Source: an uncultured virus (IMG/VR IMGVR_UViG_3300031088_000740) (Duplodnaviria > Heunggongvirae > Uroviricota > Caudoviricetes). From it: a stretch of DNA of 64,000 nucleotides. The notes beneath the pieces are model-generated. The model saw nothing but the letters and a program-made list of their open reading frames with translations. It was not told the DNA's origin and searched no databases. Made by a program: the position numbers and the translations under genes. Positions 48,994-58,419 of the stretch are shown piece by piece. Positions within the stretch are counted from its first letter, which is position 1. Each line of letters starts with the position of its first letter. The stretch is from IMG/VR virus record IMGVR_UViG_3300031088_000740; one strand, given 5' to 3'.

Positions 48994-49497
48994 ATGAGCA
49001 CCACCATTGCACAGCCAAACGTGCCTACCAGCTATGACCAGTTCTCCCGCCTCGTCGAGAGTGACGTGAGGAACAAGGCGGAAGCCGCCGATGCGCAATG
49101 GCTGCGCCGAACAGACAACTTGGTCAACTGGTTGCGTGAGCTAACTTTTGTGCGGAACTCGGTGCAGAACAGCCTCAACTTCCTCACCAACGAAAAGCGC
49201 GAACATCCACTCAACCCCGCCAACGCGGGAGGAAACTCTGACGAGTGGAAAGAGATTTCGGACTCTATCAAGAGCCGCCGAACAAGAGCCATCAAGTTTC
49301 TCTCCTATGTCGAGAATCGCATCAAGGAGGCTTCATTCCTCATTGCTGAGAGTGATGTAGTTGAGTTCGATGACGTAGAGGTACTCGTGCGGCTACAGAA
49401 GGTCGAAAACCTACTCATCAATGGTGATGCCGAAGCTGCTCTGGCAAGCATTGCCAGTCTCATTGATCGCCTCGGTGGAGATTCCGAAGATAGCTGA
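48994..49497 (+). CDS. helical hypothetical protein
   Basis: Likely start MSTTIAQ; TGGACA-17-TATCCT upstream. Confidence 0.6.
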   Translation: MSTTIAQPNVPTSYDQFSRLVESDVRNKAEAADAQWLRRTDNLVNWLRELTFVRNSVQNSLNFLTNEKREHPLNPANAGGNSDEWKEISDSIKSRRTRAIKFLSYVENRIKEASFLIAESDVVEFDDVEVLVRLQKVENLLINGDAEAALASIASLIDRLGGDSEDS

Positions 49498-49527
49498 TTG
49501 TCTCATCCGCTGAGGTAGTCTGACACC

Positions 49528-50217
49528 ATGCCAAAGCGTATCGAAGAACCGAGAATCGAAGGCGACAAGTTTGTTGCTGTAGGGTTCATATCCAACACAG
49601 ATATCCCCAGCGGCGACTTCTACGAATCAGGCAAGATGCCGGTCATACAGTCGTTCATGTCAGATGACCTGTGGGTGGTACCAAGCCAGTCTTGGATAGC
49701 CGATGACGCTCGGAAGCTTGATCGTTCGACATACAACGTCACAGCTTTCAACACAAGCGAGTTCATCCTTATCGAGGAAGGACAGACTGTGCAGGCAGCA
49801 GGTGAGTTCTGGCTTGACTTGCTCAGAAACTCCACTCCTGAACTCATGGAACAGTTCGCTGACTGGAAGGTCAACGTCGGAGAGAACGCATTCCGGTATC
49901 ACATCGCCTCATACGATGAACAGACGGCTTTCAGTACCGAGCTAGCGACCTATCTGGAAAAGATCCTTGTCGCTGCCCTTCGCGCTCATGACGAGAAAAC
50001 TAGCGCACTAACGTATCACCTCTACGAGACGGCAGTGCCTACCTCCGGGGTTCCATTGGAGCATAGCTATCTTGTGCGTGGCGCGTTTACCGAGGCTATG
50101 GATAGCTCAGGGACGGCAGCATTGGAGTCGTTTGCCAAGCGTGACAAGATCTACCGAAACCACAAGAAGTTCGCTATCGCGCTTGATTCATTCCGCTCTG
50201 CAAACGGCTTGGCTTAG
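49528..50217 (+). CDS. hypothetical protein
   Basis: 229-aa ORF; TAGTCT lies 6 nt before the ATG. Confidence 0.6.
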   Translation: MPKRIEEPRIEGDKFVAVGFISNTDIPSGDFYESGKMPVIQSFMSDDLWVVPSQSWIADDARKLDRSTYNVTAFNTSEFILIEEGQTVQAAGEFWLDLLRNSTPELMEQFADWKVNVGENAFRYHIASYDEQTAFSTELATYLEKILVAALRAHDEKTSALTYHLYETAVPTSGVPLEHSYLVRGAFTEAMDSSGTAALESFAKRDKIYRNHKKFAIALDSFRSANGLA

Positions 50218-50897
50218 AAAGTACCAGTACCGCCGCTGCCATCGAAGCTACTTCCGCTACTGTCGGAATAGCTACTCCCGCTTGCAATAGTGGAGATGGT
50301 TGTGGCGGCAACTACTGCCCCAAGTAGACCGGAATCATAGCTGCTACCACTCGATGATGTTCCGGTGCTTCTGCTCCTACGAATCTGATTGCGCACAAGA
50401 GGGGATGCCTTGGCGGCTCGCTTGCCCACCTTGCTTGTCTTGCTCGTGAGTGAAGGAAGCTTTTTCTTGTAAACCTTGATGGTGTTCTTCTCGGTCAACT
50501 CGATGGCGTAGTGCACACGGTCAACATCAAAGCTCGTTGTGCCAACAGCGGCAAGCTCACGAAGATTGCTTGAAGGCACAGATACCTCAGCCACCGACTC
50601 GACATGCTCGCGTAGCTCACCATTGAGCCAGGTCGTGAAACGAACTACGTTGTCGCGTTCGATCTTCTTGTTGATGACACCCAATCGAAACGCGAGTGTA
50701 ATTCCGACCACTCCCAGCGCGATGCCAACAAGAAAAGCCCATAGCGCTGCATCTCGTATAACGCCACCAAAAAAGAACAGAATCACTGAAGCTACGATAA
50801 CCGCCACCGAGATAGCAAGAACAAAGCCAATTCCATGCTGATCTTTGGGCTGATTGGTGACAGGAATTGTAACCGACTTGTGGTTGTTGCGTGACAT
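50214..50897 (-). CDS. two-TM membrane protein with Ser/Gly-rich tail
   Basis: TM pair; ends SSGSSFDGSGGTGTF. Confidence 0.65.
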   Translation of the reverse strand: MSRNNHKSVTIPVTNQPKDQHGIGFVLAISVAVIVASVILFFFGGVIRDAALWAFLVGIALGVVGITLAFRLGVINKKIERDNVVRFTTWLNGELREHVESVAEVSVPSSNLRELAAVGTTSFDVDRVHYAIELTEKNTIKVYKKKLPSLTSKTSKVGKRAAKASPLVRNQIRRSRSTGTSSSGSSYDSGLLGAVVAATTISTIASGSSYSDSSGSSFDGSGGTGTF

Positions 50898-50899
50898 GG

Positions 50900-51211
50900 T
50901 TAGCCCCTTTCGACTGGGTAGAAGTCAAAGATGAAGTCATCAGAATCTAGTCCTGAATGGGAAAGAGCGTTATTGAACGCTTCAAGCTCATTGTCGGGGG
51001 AGCTATTGAGTAGGTCAACAAACTTCATGCTCTCTTCGACAATAGCCAACACACTCCAAGATGAGGGCGCGGCAGCACGCCAGAAGTATGGCTCGTTCTG
51101 GTACGTGGCGCATGACTGTGGGAATTCAGTGCAGTGGCAGGCATCTTCATGCCACTCAGCAAGAAGGCGCGACTCAGCGTAGAGTGCAACTAGCTCATTG
51201 AATTCAATCAT
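50900..51211 (-). CDS. small hypothetical protein
   Basis: WHEDACHC...C. Confidence 0.5.
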   Translation of the reverse strand: MIEFNELVALYAESRLLAEWHEDACHCTEFPQSCATYQNEPYFWRAAAPSSWSVLAIVEESMKFVDLLNSSPDNELEAFNNALSHSGLDSDDFIFDFYPVERG

Positions 51212-51297
51212 GCATCCACCTTATCACTATCGGAACTAGAGAACAAGCATCGACATCGGTGGGTAGCTGTAGACTTGACCCAACGAAAGGTTCAGCA

Positions 51298-52083
51298 ATG
51301 TCCAACCTCACACCAACGCCCATCGTTGATAAGAACGGCAAGAAGACCACGGTTCACAAGAAGCCGCTCGATACCGCCTTGGAGTCACGCGTACCTACCA
51401 GCACCTCTTCCTCTGCAAAGATGGAGGCTATTCAGAATGTCGTGGCGCAGATTCAGAGAACGAATGGTCGATATGGTAGGAATGACCAGTCAGACTCTCT
51501 CGTAGAGGCAGCAAAGCTTATCGTGAGTTTGCCTGCTGCAACTGACTGGGAAGAAGTTGCAGCAGAGACGCTAGCTGATGCAAAGAAGCTTGGATACAAC
51601 AAGGCTTCATGGAACACGAGGGTTCGCGATGCGAAGCAGGCATACTCTGAGTTTGTACCAACAGAAGGTGTGAATCTTCTTGAGCTAGATGACAAGGATA
51701 CGTCTTTGCCTATTCAGGACAGGTACAAGGTCTTCATCGCAAAGGGTGTTGCAAAGGCAGGCACACCAATGAACCGTGAGCTAGAGAATGACATCTACGG
51801 ATGGACCGACCATAAGGCTGCTGAGCACTTCGATGGCAGGCAGGGTAACGCCTGCGAAATCGCGGAGGTCACAAGTGTTGTTGAGGACAAGTGGTCTACC
51901 TTTGGTGACACTTTCAGCGGTAACGATGATTCTCATGGAGTCCAGTGCGAAGTACAGTGCGCCTGTGGATGGTACAAAGGACCAGTCCGCGAAGAAGGAA
52001 CTCTGGAAGAGATGATCGGAACCATCAGAAGGGATATCTCCAGCGAAGATGTCTTTGATGGAAAGACATCACGAGTCTGGTAA
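51298..52083 (+). CDS. DKNGK-tagged protein #10 with Cys/His C-terminal domain
   Basis: Start ATG 51298 after gaaagg; MSNLTPTPIVDKNGKKTTVHKK; H..C...CEVQCACG; CATC-N12-TAGACT at 51254-51275. Confidence 0.8.
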   Translation: MSNLTPTPIVDKNGKKTTVHKKPLDTALESRVPTSTSSSAKMEAIQNVVAQIQRTNGRYGRNDQSDSLVEAAKLIVSLPAATDWEEVAAETLADAKKLGYNKASWNTRVRDAKQAYSEFVPTEGVNLLELDDKDTSLPIQDRYKVFIAKGVAKAGTPMNRELENDIYGWTDHKAAEHFDGRQGNACEIAEVTSVVEDKWSTFGDTFSGNDDSHGVQCEVQCACGWYKGPVREEGTLEEMIGTIRRDISSEDVFDGKTSRVW

Positions 52084-52084
52084 A

Positions 52085-52378
52085 TCACTCACTAGGAGTG
52101 GGGGCTGCACCGTTATCGGTAGCAGCCTTTCTCTTTGCCATCTTACGCGCGAAAAGCTCTTCGTAGTACTCAGGTGCTTGTAGAGGGTGAATCATCTCTC
52201 GCACCTTGGCAACGCCAAACAGGACGATGACAACGGCTGGGACCATCAAGATATAGAAGCCGTACCGTGCATCATCACCAGCAGGAAGAACATTGAGCTT
52301 GTACATCGACAGATACACCAGCAGGAAGCCCGCAACGAGCAACACAGCGCCTAGCAGCCCATTGAGCACCCGAGACAC
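52085..52378 (-). CDS. two-TM membrane protein
   Basis: Hydrophobic pair. Confidence 0.55.
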   Translation of the reverse strand: MSRVLNGLLGAVLLVAGFLLVYLSMYKLNVLPAGDDARYGFYILMVPAVVIVLFGVAKVREMIHPLQAPEYYEELFARKMAKRKAATDNGAAPTPSE

Positions 52379-52380
52379 AG

Positions 52381-52590
52381 CTATGCTCCCAAACGGTGCT
52401 TAGAGGGCTTCTGCGGGGCGGAGATAGCTCTTAGAGCCTCTTCTGCGCCAATACGTAGAGCTTCCTTGATAATTTGCTCATTCTTGTAGGCATCGAGGAT
52501 TTCACCCCAGGGCTGACCAACACCCTGGGCGCGTTCCCATCCTTTTGCCACCGCACTATCGACGAAATCCTTCTCATCCATTAGAACCAC
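52381..52590 (-). CDS. small hypothetical protein
   Basis: TAATG-type coupling at 52581. Confidence 0.45.
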   Translation of the reverse strand: MVLMDEKDFVDSAVAKGWERAQGVGQPWGEILDAYKNEQIIKEALRIGAEEALRAISAPQKPSKHRLGA

Positions 52591-53405
52591 GTCGCATCGT
52601 CAGTGTTGGCACCAGTGGAACCGGAATCGACAATCTTGGCATCGCCAGAGTCTTTCTTCTTGCGTACCTTCTTTTCCTTGATCTTCGGGATTCCACCACG
52701 CGCCTCCTGCTCACGCAGCGCGCGGTCGTAGTCGGACTCAGGCTCTTCATCTTCGTTCCTGACAGGAGCGTTAGGTTCAAGGAAGCGACGAGCTTTCTCG
52801 CGACTGATAGCCAATTCCTTAGCCCTATCCTTACGCAACTGAGTCCTGTTTCTCTGTCCAACACTGTTGGGGTTGGCTGAGTCCTCATCCCAGTCGTACG
52901 AAGTGAATGCGAGAGCAATGACCCATACAGGGTAGAGGAATACGAACAGCAACAGGTATCCGGCATCCTTCTCAAACGCACGACCAATGTTGTAAGCCGA
53001 CAGAAGAGCGATGATGGCAGATGAGATGAAGAGGAAGCCAAACACCGGGAGCAATACAACGCTGGACTTATCCAAGGCGTTCATAAAACCGCTATTGACC
53101 CACTCGGCACCACTGAGCAAGGCAACTGGTGCCGCCACCATAGTGACACCAACATAGGCATACCCAATCAGGGCACCAATAATCCACAAGCCGCTGTAAC
53201 CGCCGAGACGGAAGAACACGATGACGTTCCAGATAGGTACGAATGCAGCAGCGAATGGCTGACCGCCCTTGGAGAAGATACGACCAAGGAACACCGAACC
53301 GATGATGTACGAGAGTACACCAATGATGACGAAGACAGCGCTCACGGATGAGCCTTCGGTCACCAAATCTGTCAGATTGGCAAGGAACTGGGTTGGTGTA
53401 ATCAC
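52581..53405 (-). CDS. DUF5684-like membrane protein
   Basis: RIFSKGGQPFAAAFVPIWN, IGRAFEK..GY..LFVFLYPVW..LAF. Confidence 0.7.
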   Translation of the reverse strand: MITPTQFLANLTDLVTEGSSVSAVFVIIGVLSYIIGSVFLGRIFSKGGQPFAAAFVPIWNVIVFFRLGGYSGLWIIGALIGYAYVGVTMVAAPVALLSGAEWVNSGFMNALDKSSVVLLPVFGFLFISSAIIALLSAYNIGRAFEKDAGYLLLFVFLYPVWVIALAFTSYDWDEDSANPNSVGQRNRTQLRKDRAKELAISREKARRFLEPNAPVRNEDEEPESDYDRALREQEARGGIPKIKEKKVRKKKDSGDAKIVDSGSTGANTDDATWF

Positions 53406-53959
53406 TTAGTGTTTTCCTCAGGGGTATTCAGGTTGATCACCGTAATACTACCCTGAAGAGCATCGAATAGAGCAGAATCGAACTCTTCGAGATCTTCTTC
53501 GTCGTACTCCTCGGGCTGTGACATCTCGGTGGCGTACCAACCACGAACGGTCTCCAAAGCTCGGTCAATGGTCCCGAAGTGATGCATTCGTGAGGGACCG
53601 AGAACGTACGAGTACAGACTGACACCAGGCTTAGGGTTTTCGCCATCTGCTCGCGCCCAGTAAGTGCCGAGTTCAATCGTGAGGCTACCCTCACTTGACT
53701 TGGAGTGACCATCACGCTTGAGAGAACGTGCTAGCGCAGTGTCGTGGAGGTACCTAATCTCTTCCAGCTTGGCTAGATCCTCGACCGAAAGTAGAGGATT
53801 AGCGCCCGACTCAACTGTCTTCGCAATCCTGCTCTCCGACTCCTTCACCAAGGTATCGAGGTCGAAAGGCTCGCCAGGCTGAGCCAAGATGTTCCTCGGC
53901 TTGAACTCAGTAGCCAGCGGCTCGTAATCGTCGTACTCGTACTCATCTTCGTGAGACAT
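53402..53959 (-). CDS. acidic hypothetical protein
   Basis: RBS gaaggag; YSYVLGPSRMHHF. Confidence 0.65.
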   Translation of the reverse strand: MSHEDEYEYDDYEPLATEFKPRNILAQPGEPFDLDTLVKESESRIAKTVESGANPLLSVEDLAKLEEIRYLHDTALARSLKRDGHSKSSEGSLTIELGTYWARADGENPKPGVSLYSYVLGPSRMHHFGTIDRALETVRGWYATEMSQPEEYDEEDLEEFDSALFDALQGSITVINLNTPEENTK

Positions 53960-54016
53960 AGTTCTCCTTCAAATCATGCACATTGTCTCATATCCCAGGC
54001 GGGGAAGCAAGACCGC

Positions 54017-54919
54017 CTAGTTATCGGATGAGACGGACAGGGTGTCTAAAAGACCCTTGTCGATGTCATGCAGCCATACAAGATACATCTTCTCAAAGTC
54101 AGCCGATGGCGCATTAATCTTCATATCAATGACCTGAAGGGGTCGCATACCACGCCGTGCACATTCCATCACATTCTCGATAGTGAACTGGTAAGTGACG
54201 AGACAGTTGATCAACGCAGCCCATGCCAGAATTAGCGTCGAATCATTACCAGACTCATTCAGAGTGACCTTGAAAAGTGTCGGTGAAATGATATCAACAC
54301 CGTTTGGAGTCCACTTCTCTGAGAACCTGCCATACAGAGCCGCAGGAGACTCCTGACCATGAGGGAATCGAGCAATTTCTCTCAGGCTATTGAGAAGGAT
54401 TTCAGGGGTGGACATATCGTCTGCAAGCAGGTTTAGAAGCGGAAGAAATTCGGAATAGTTGATGAACCCACGGGAAACGGCAATTGCCTCTTGGGGTAGA
54501 GGATCTGCGTCCGACGAGAACAATTCAAGCGCTGCCTCAAACTGATTGGATGATCCCGTGTAGACAATCCGTCCATCAACAAAATCGACTTCTTCTAACC
54601 ATCGCTTTGGTTGACGGATAACTCCCGATGCAACTACCACTTCGGTGTCTGAACTCAAATAGACAAGCTGTTCTTCGGTCGTAATCGGCTCGGGCAGTCT
54701 TCTGTACCATTCCGAATCGAAGAAGGTGTCCACCTCACTCTCGGTGAAAAACTTCATCAACCCTTCGCGAGTGAATCGAGAAGTATCAATCGGCGCAGAC
54801 CATAGCTCTTCACCTCGAAGCTTTGAGAAGAGTGGCTTGGTTGATACGGCGATGTCACCATGCCTGAGTGATTGATTGAGCACAAGAAGACAATACCCTA
54901 TAGACACCAACATCACCAT
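54017..54919 (-). CDS. hypothetical protein with C-terminal NDID module (start uncertain)
   Basis: RRGMRPLQV...LHDIDKGLLDTL; FTESEVDTFFDS..Y resembles FTDIELRDFFNSDF of 58515..59507. Confidence 0.7.
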   Translation of the reverse strand: MVMLVSIGYCLLVLNQSLRHGDIAVSTKPLFSKLRGEELWSAPIDTSRFTREGLMKFFTESEVDTFFDSEWYRRLPEPITTEEQLVYLSSDTEVVVASGVIRQPKRWLEEVDFVDGRIVYTGSSNQFEAALELFSSDADPLPQEAIAVSRGFINYSEFLPLLNLLADDMSTPEILLNSLREIARFPHGQESPAALYGRFSEKWTPNGVDIISPTLFKVTLNESGNDSTLILAWAALINCLVTYQFTIENVMECARRGMRPLQVIDMKINAPSADFEKMYLVWLHDIDKGLLDTLSVSSDN

Positions 54920-54991
54920 AAGCTACCCCCAGAACTGGTGAAAGTCATTGCCTCCACTATCGATATCGGTGCCCGGAGGTACTATGTGGGT

Positions 54992-55156
54992 ATGACTACT
55001 GCAACCCTCTCTACATTCGACATCCGCGCGATCATCGCAAGCCTTCCCAACAAGAAGCTTCACGATTGGCTCGCAAACTACTCGGTAAGTGGCAACATTG
55101 GCACCGAAGCCCATGAACTGCTCATTGCGGAGGCAAAGTCCCGCAACCTCATCTGA
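54992..55156 (+). CDS. small hypothetical protein (leaderless)
   Basis: TACTAT 6 nt before the ATG; terminator 55167-55203. Confidence 0.5.
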   Translation: MTTATLSTFDIRAIIASLPNKKLHDWLANYSVSGNIGTEAHELLIAEAKSRNLI

Positions 55157-55278
55157 GTTACCTACAAGAACCGCCCCTACAAAGCAGTAGGGGCGGTTCT
55201 TTGTATTCCAAGGCGTAAACCATTGCCAAGACCAACCTGCCGAGATAGCCTACCGACTCGAACCAATAGGAGCGCATC

Positions 55279-55605
55279 ATGAATCAAGGAATCATCATCA
55301 AGACAGACGGACAGGTTCTGGATATCGACATTCAGGAAGACTCTATCTCTCAACTCATCTCAACCCCCAGACCTCACCGTATCGCACTCGACACAGGATT
55401 CGTTGCCTACATCGACAATGAGTCGAGCGAGAAGGAAGACAACGTAGGTGCCTCGTTTGTCATGGAATCGTTGGGTCACGTATTGGTGAATTCACGAGCC
55501 TTCATTACTGGCGACGTGGTTATCCTTGCATCACAGGGTGATGACGAGGATGCGAGCCTCACCGAGCGGCAGAGCAAGATCGTTCACATCCTCGCCAACA
55601 ACTAG
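55279..55605 (+). CDS. DUF3846-like protein
   Basis: GIIIKTDG, AYIDNE, N.GAS, ITGDVVI, SLT. Confidence 0.6.
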   Translation: MNQGIIIKTDGQVLDIDIQEDSISQLISTPRPHRIALDTGFVAYIDNESSEKEDNVGASFVMESLGHVLVNSRAFITGDVVILASQGDDEDASLTERQSKIVHILANN

Positions 55606-56720
55606 GACTTCCGGACCACCTTCTGAATTTTCAAGGTGATGTTGTTCCGCACCGAAACCTCGATACGCTTCTGCTCTAGAGCTTCGATGACAACCTCTGC
55701 ATCCTGTACGGACTCCACACCATGACCGTAGCTGTTATGCGGACCTGCGATACCACCTCGCCAATCGATGATTGTGTACCGATGCTGCTTTTTCTTGCCC
55801 CAGAGGAATGTGAGTACGGCGTAGTTGTCGTTAAAAGCCAGAACATCCATGAGGGGACCAATACCAGCCAGTTTCACCTTGTCACCCTGATGAAGAGTTA
55901 GCGGGGTGATAGGAGGTCGTGTAGCCCTATTGCGATAGACAACACCCTCATCACTCAATGCTTCAAGTGCCGCTTGTCCGCTGTTGAGATACCCAGTCAA
56001 CTCATCAACGAATTGATTTCTTGTGCTCTGTTCCATGAACAGCCATGACGGCATGAGTACTTTGAATCCATCATCAGGGAACTCCGTTTCATCCTTGATG
56101 TTTCTCAGAAGGGAAAGAACATCGTCGGTAAGAGCAGGATCAACAACATCGTGTTCAAGGAACCATTTGCAGATCCACTCCGCGATATGACCCTCTTGAA
56201 TCCAGTATGTATCCCCTAGCTCCCACATCGCATGACCAAGAAGAGCGATACGATGGAGATTACCCTCCCAAGCGATTGATACGAGTTTTAACATGGCGTA
56301 CTCGACGTACGAGTCTAGTTGAACAGGCGCAACATCTCGGTACGAAAGCGGTAGGTCTCGACCAATGAGATAAGCCATAGGTGCGGAATACTTATGAGTG
56401 CTCTCACCGGGGCTTGGCTGGATAAGGGTGGTCTCTACAAGCTCGCCCTTATCGTCAGCATAGAAGAACCCGAGGTTAGGGTGCCAGCCATAAGGGAAGG
56501 TAGGCGCACTGTCTTCACCATCAACCCAGTACGCATACTGATGATTGAGCGGGAAGGAACCAGAAAGTGCCACTTTGGTAGCGAACTGTACTTCGTCTCG
56601 AACCCAGCCCCACTTGTCCGGCACTGGTTGGCTAACAACCCGCCTGGCGACCGAGTAAGGCTCATCGGTTTCTGCCATGCGGTTGCGTACGGCTTGTTTT
56701 GCTGCTCTATTCTTGACCAT
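55602..56720 (-). CDS. hypothetical protein with basic N-terminal K..VR.RMAET.EPY..ARR module
   Basis: MVKNRAAKQAVRNRMAETDEPYSVARR; RBS ggag. Confidence 0.7.
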   Translation of the reverse strand: MVKNRAAKQAVRNRMAETDEPYSVARRVVSQPVPDKWGWVRDEVQFATKVALSGSFPLNHQYAYWVDGEDSAPTFPYGWHPNLGFFYADDKGELVETTLIQPSPGESTHKYSAPMAYLIGRDLPLSYRDVAPVQLDSYVEYAMLKLVSIAWEGNLHRIALLGHAMWELGDTYWIQEGHIAEWICKWFLEHDVVDPALTDDVLSLLRNIKDETEFPDDGFKVLMPSWLFMEQSTRNQFVDELTGYLNSGQAALEALSDEGVVYRNRATRPPITPLTLHQGDKVKLAGIGPLMDVLAFNDNYAVLTFLWGKKKQHRYTIIDWRGGIAGPHNSYGHGVESVQDAEVVIEALEQKRIEVSVRNNITLKIQKVVRKS

Positions 56721-56740
56721 CATTACTCCATATGGCAATA

Positions 56741-56827
56741 GCCCTACGCCCCATCGCCTGATTGAGATGATGAAGGATACAGGATTCGGTGAACCTTGCT
56801 CTCAACGAACCTTCACTGCGTAGGAGC
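56741..56827 (-). promoter_or_regulatory. candidate structured 5' leader RNA
   Basis: Nested stems cctacgc/gcgtagg, tgaagg/ccttca, ttcg.tga/tca.cgaa between the TACCAT -10 (56870-56875) and the RBS. Confidence 0.45.
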
Positions 56828-56891
56828 TTAGATTCTTGAGACGTGCTGCTGTGACAGCCGACTGAGAGGATGGTAGCACTTAATCGAAGCT

Positions 56892-57821
56892 TTAGCGCAT
56901 CGAGCCGTAAAGATACGGATCGACATCATTGCCGATAGCTGACATGATGTTGCTACGTGCCCCTGCATTGAAGTACGGCAAAGCAGTGTGATAGTCAGGA
57001 AGCTCTTGTGAGACGAAATCGAAGAGTTCGTGATGGTCTGCAAACTCCTTACCGCAGCGAGCTAGCCATAGAAGAACGTCATTCCTGACGCTAATGTGAG
57101 CGGCTTCCAGCAAGCTGCGATAGAACTTCTGACGCAAAGCGTACCTGTCCTCGCCCGACCTCCGCGCTCTGTCTGAAAAGCTCAGTAGCGCATGAGAGGT
57201 GGCAAAAACCACACTGTAGAGACCCTTGTGCTGGGTAAACGCTCGCGAAAAAGACGTGTAGCTCATTCCCGATTCGGAGATATCTCGGACTCTTCGAGAG
57301 TAGTCGTATTCACTACTCAGGAGCAACGACAGGTTGAACGAAGAAACTGAGTCAGAGAAAGAACCATCAAACAGATCAACGTATGCGATGGGGTCGAAAA
57401 AGTTAAGTCTGGCTCCACTCACGCGCTGAGAATTGTTGTCATACAGCGACACCTTAAATGTTTTGTACTTCTCGGGAAAGAACCCATACTTGTTCCAGTA
57501 CCCAACCAAATCAGCAAAGTCGAGAGTAACAAAAGCCGAATCGACATCACCACCGTCTGATGTGATAGCTGCGTAGTCGTGTTCAACTGACTCTAGGGCA
57601 CCAGATGGCATGAGATGGCTCATTGCGATAAGAAAGTCACCGAAGTTGGAGATGGTACCTTCGTAATCTTCCACCTCCTTCATGACGCTCTCATAGAGAG
57701 GCATAGCGGCGTAGTACTGACTAAACGATAGGTCTTTAGGAGGGGTGAGCCATCTATCTCTTCCAGTCTTGCCGGAATCACCAACAAAGTTCGCCCAGTC
57801 GTACTCGGGGATTCCAGACAC
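56892..57821 (-). CDS. hypothetical protein with C-terminal NDID module
   Basis: ALPYFNAG...AIGNDVDPYLYGSM. Confidence 0.7.
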   Translation of the reverse strand: MSGIPEYDWANFVGDSGKTGRDRWLTPPKDLSFSQYYAAMPLYESVMKEVEDYEGTISNFGDFLIAMSHLMPSGALESVEHDYAAITSDGGDVDSAFVTLDFADLVGYWNKYGFFPEKYKTFKVSLYDNNSQRVSGARLNFFDPIAYVDLFDGSFSDSVSSFNLSLLLSSEYDYSRRVRDISESGMSYTSFSRAFTQHKGLYSVVFATSHALLSFSDRARRSGEDRYALRQKFYRSLLEAAHISVRNDVLLWLARCGKEFADHHELFDFVSQELPDYHTALPYFNAGARSNIMSAIGNDVDPYLYGSMR

Positions 57822-58373
57822 TTAGCTATCACCATCCAGTAGAGAGCGCAAGAGTGCATCATCCACCTCGTTGACCGAGATGCCTTGGATGCTGCTCATG
57901 GATAGACCCTCATTGACATACCCAAAGAACTCTCGGTATCCAAGCTTACGGGCATAAGGAACCGACTCATCAGTCCCCACACCAATGGTATCTGCCATGA
58001 TGCAGAAAGCTAGACGGAGATCAGAGGTGACGTTCTTATCTTGAAGCGCAGCCAAGACCTTCTCTTCGAAACCGGGCTTAAAACGCTGTTCATTGAGCAG
58101 GACGAAGAAGTAAGACTTGAAGAGAGTCCAGCACTCAACGAACTGATCTGCTGTTACTCCCAGTTCGTCCAGTTCCTCTGCTGCCGAGTCAGAGAACCCA
58201 TCTGTGGCGCGTACATGCTCATACGTATCGACAGGGATGTAAGAAGGAGTGATGCGCCGACGACCGCAACGGATAGGTCCGCCAGACCAACCGTGCTCAG
58301 GCAGCACCCGGGTGGTATCAATGTCGGGTCTACTCACAACACTCTCGATACTGGCTGCAATCTGATTCGTCAT
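57822..58373 (-). CDS. hypothetical protein with C-terminal NDID module
   Basis: Start MTNQIA, leaderless from TTGACT-17-TACTAT (58380-58408); NEGLSMSSI..ISVNEVDDALLRSL. Confidence 0.7.
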   Translation of the reverse strand: MTNQIAASIESVVSRPDIDTTRVLPEHGWSGGPIRCGRRRITPSYIPVDTYEHVRATDGFSDSAAEELDELGVTADQFVECWTLFKSYFFVLLNEQRFKPGFEEKVLAALQDKNVTSDLRLAFCIMADTIGVGTDESVPYARKLGYREFFGYVNEGLSMSSIQGISVNEVDDALLRSLLDGDS

Positions 58374-58419
58374 ACTTCGATAGTAGCGTGATAAATCGTA
58401 AAAGTCAATCCTGGCGGTT

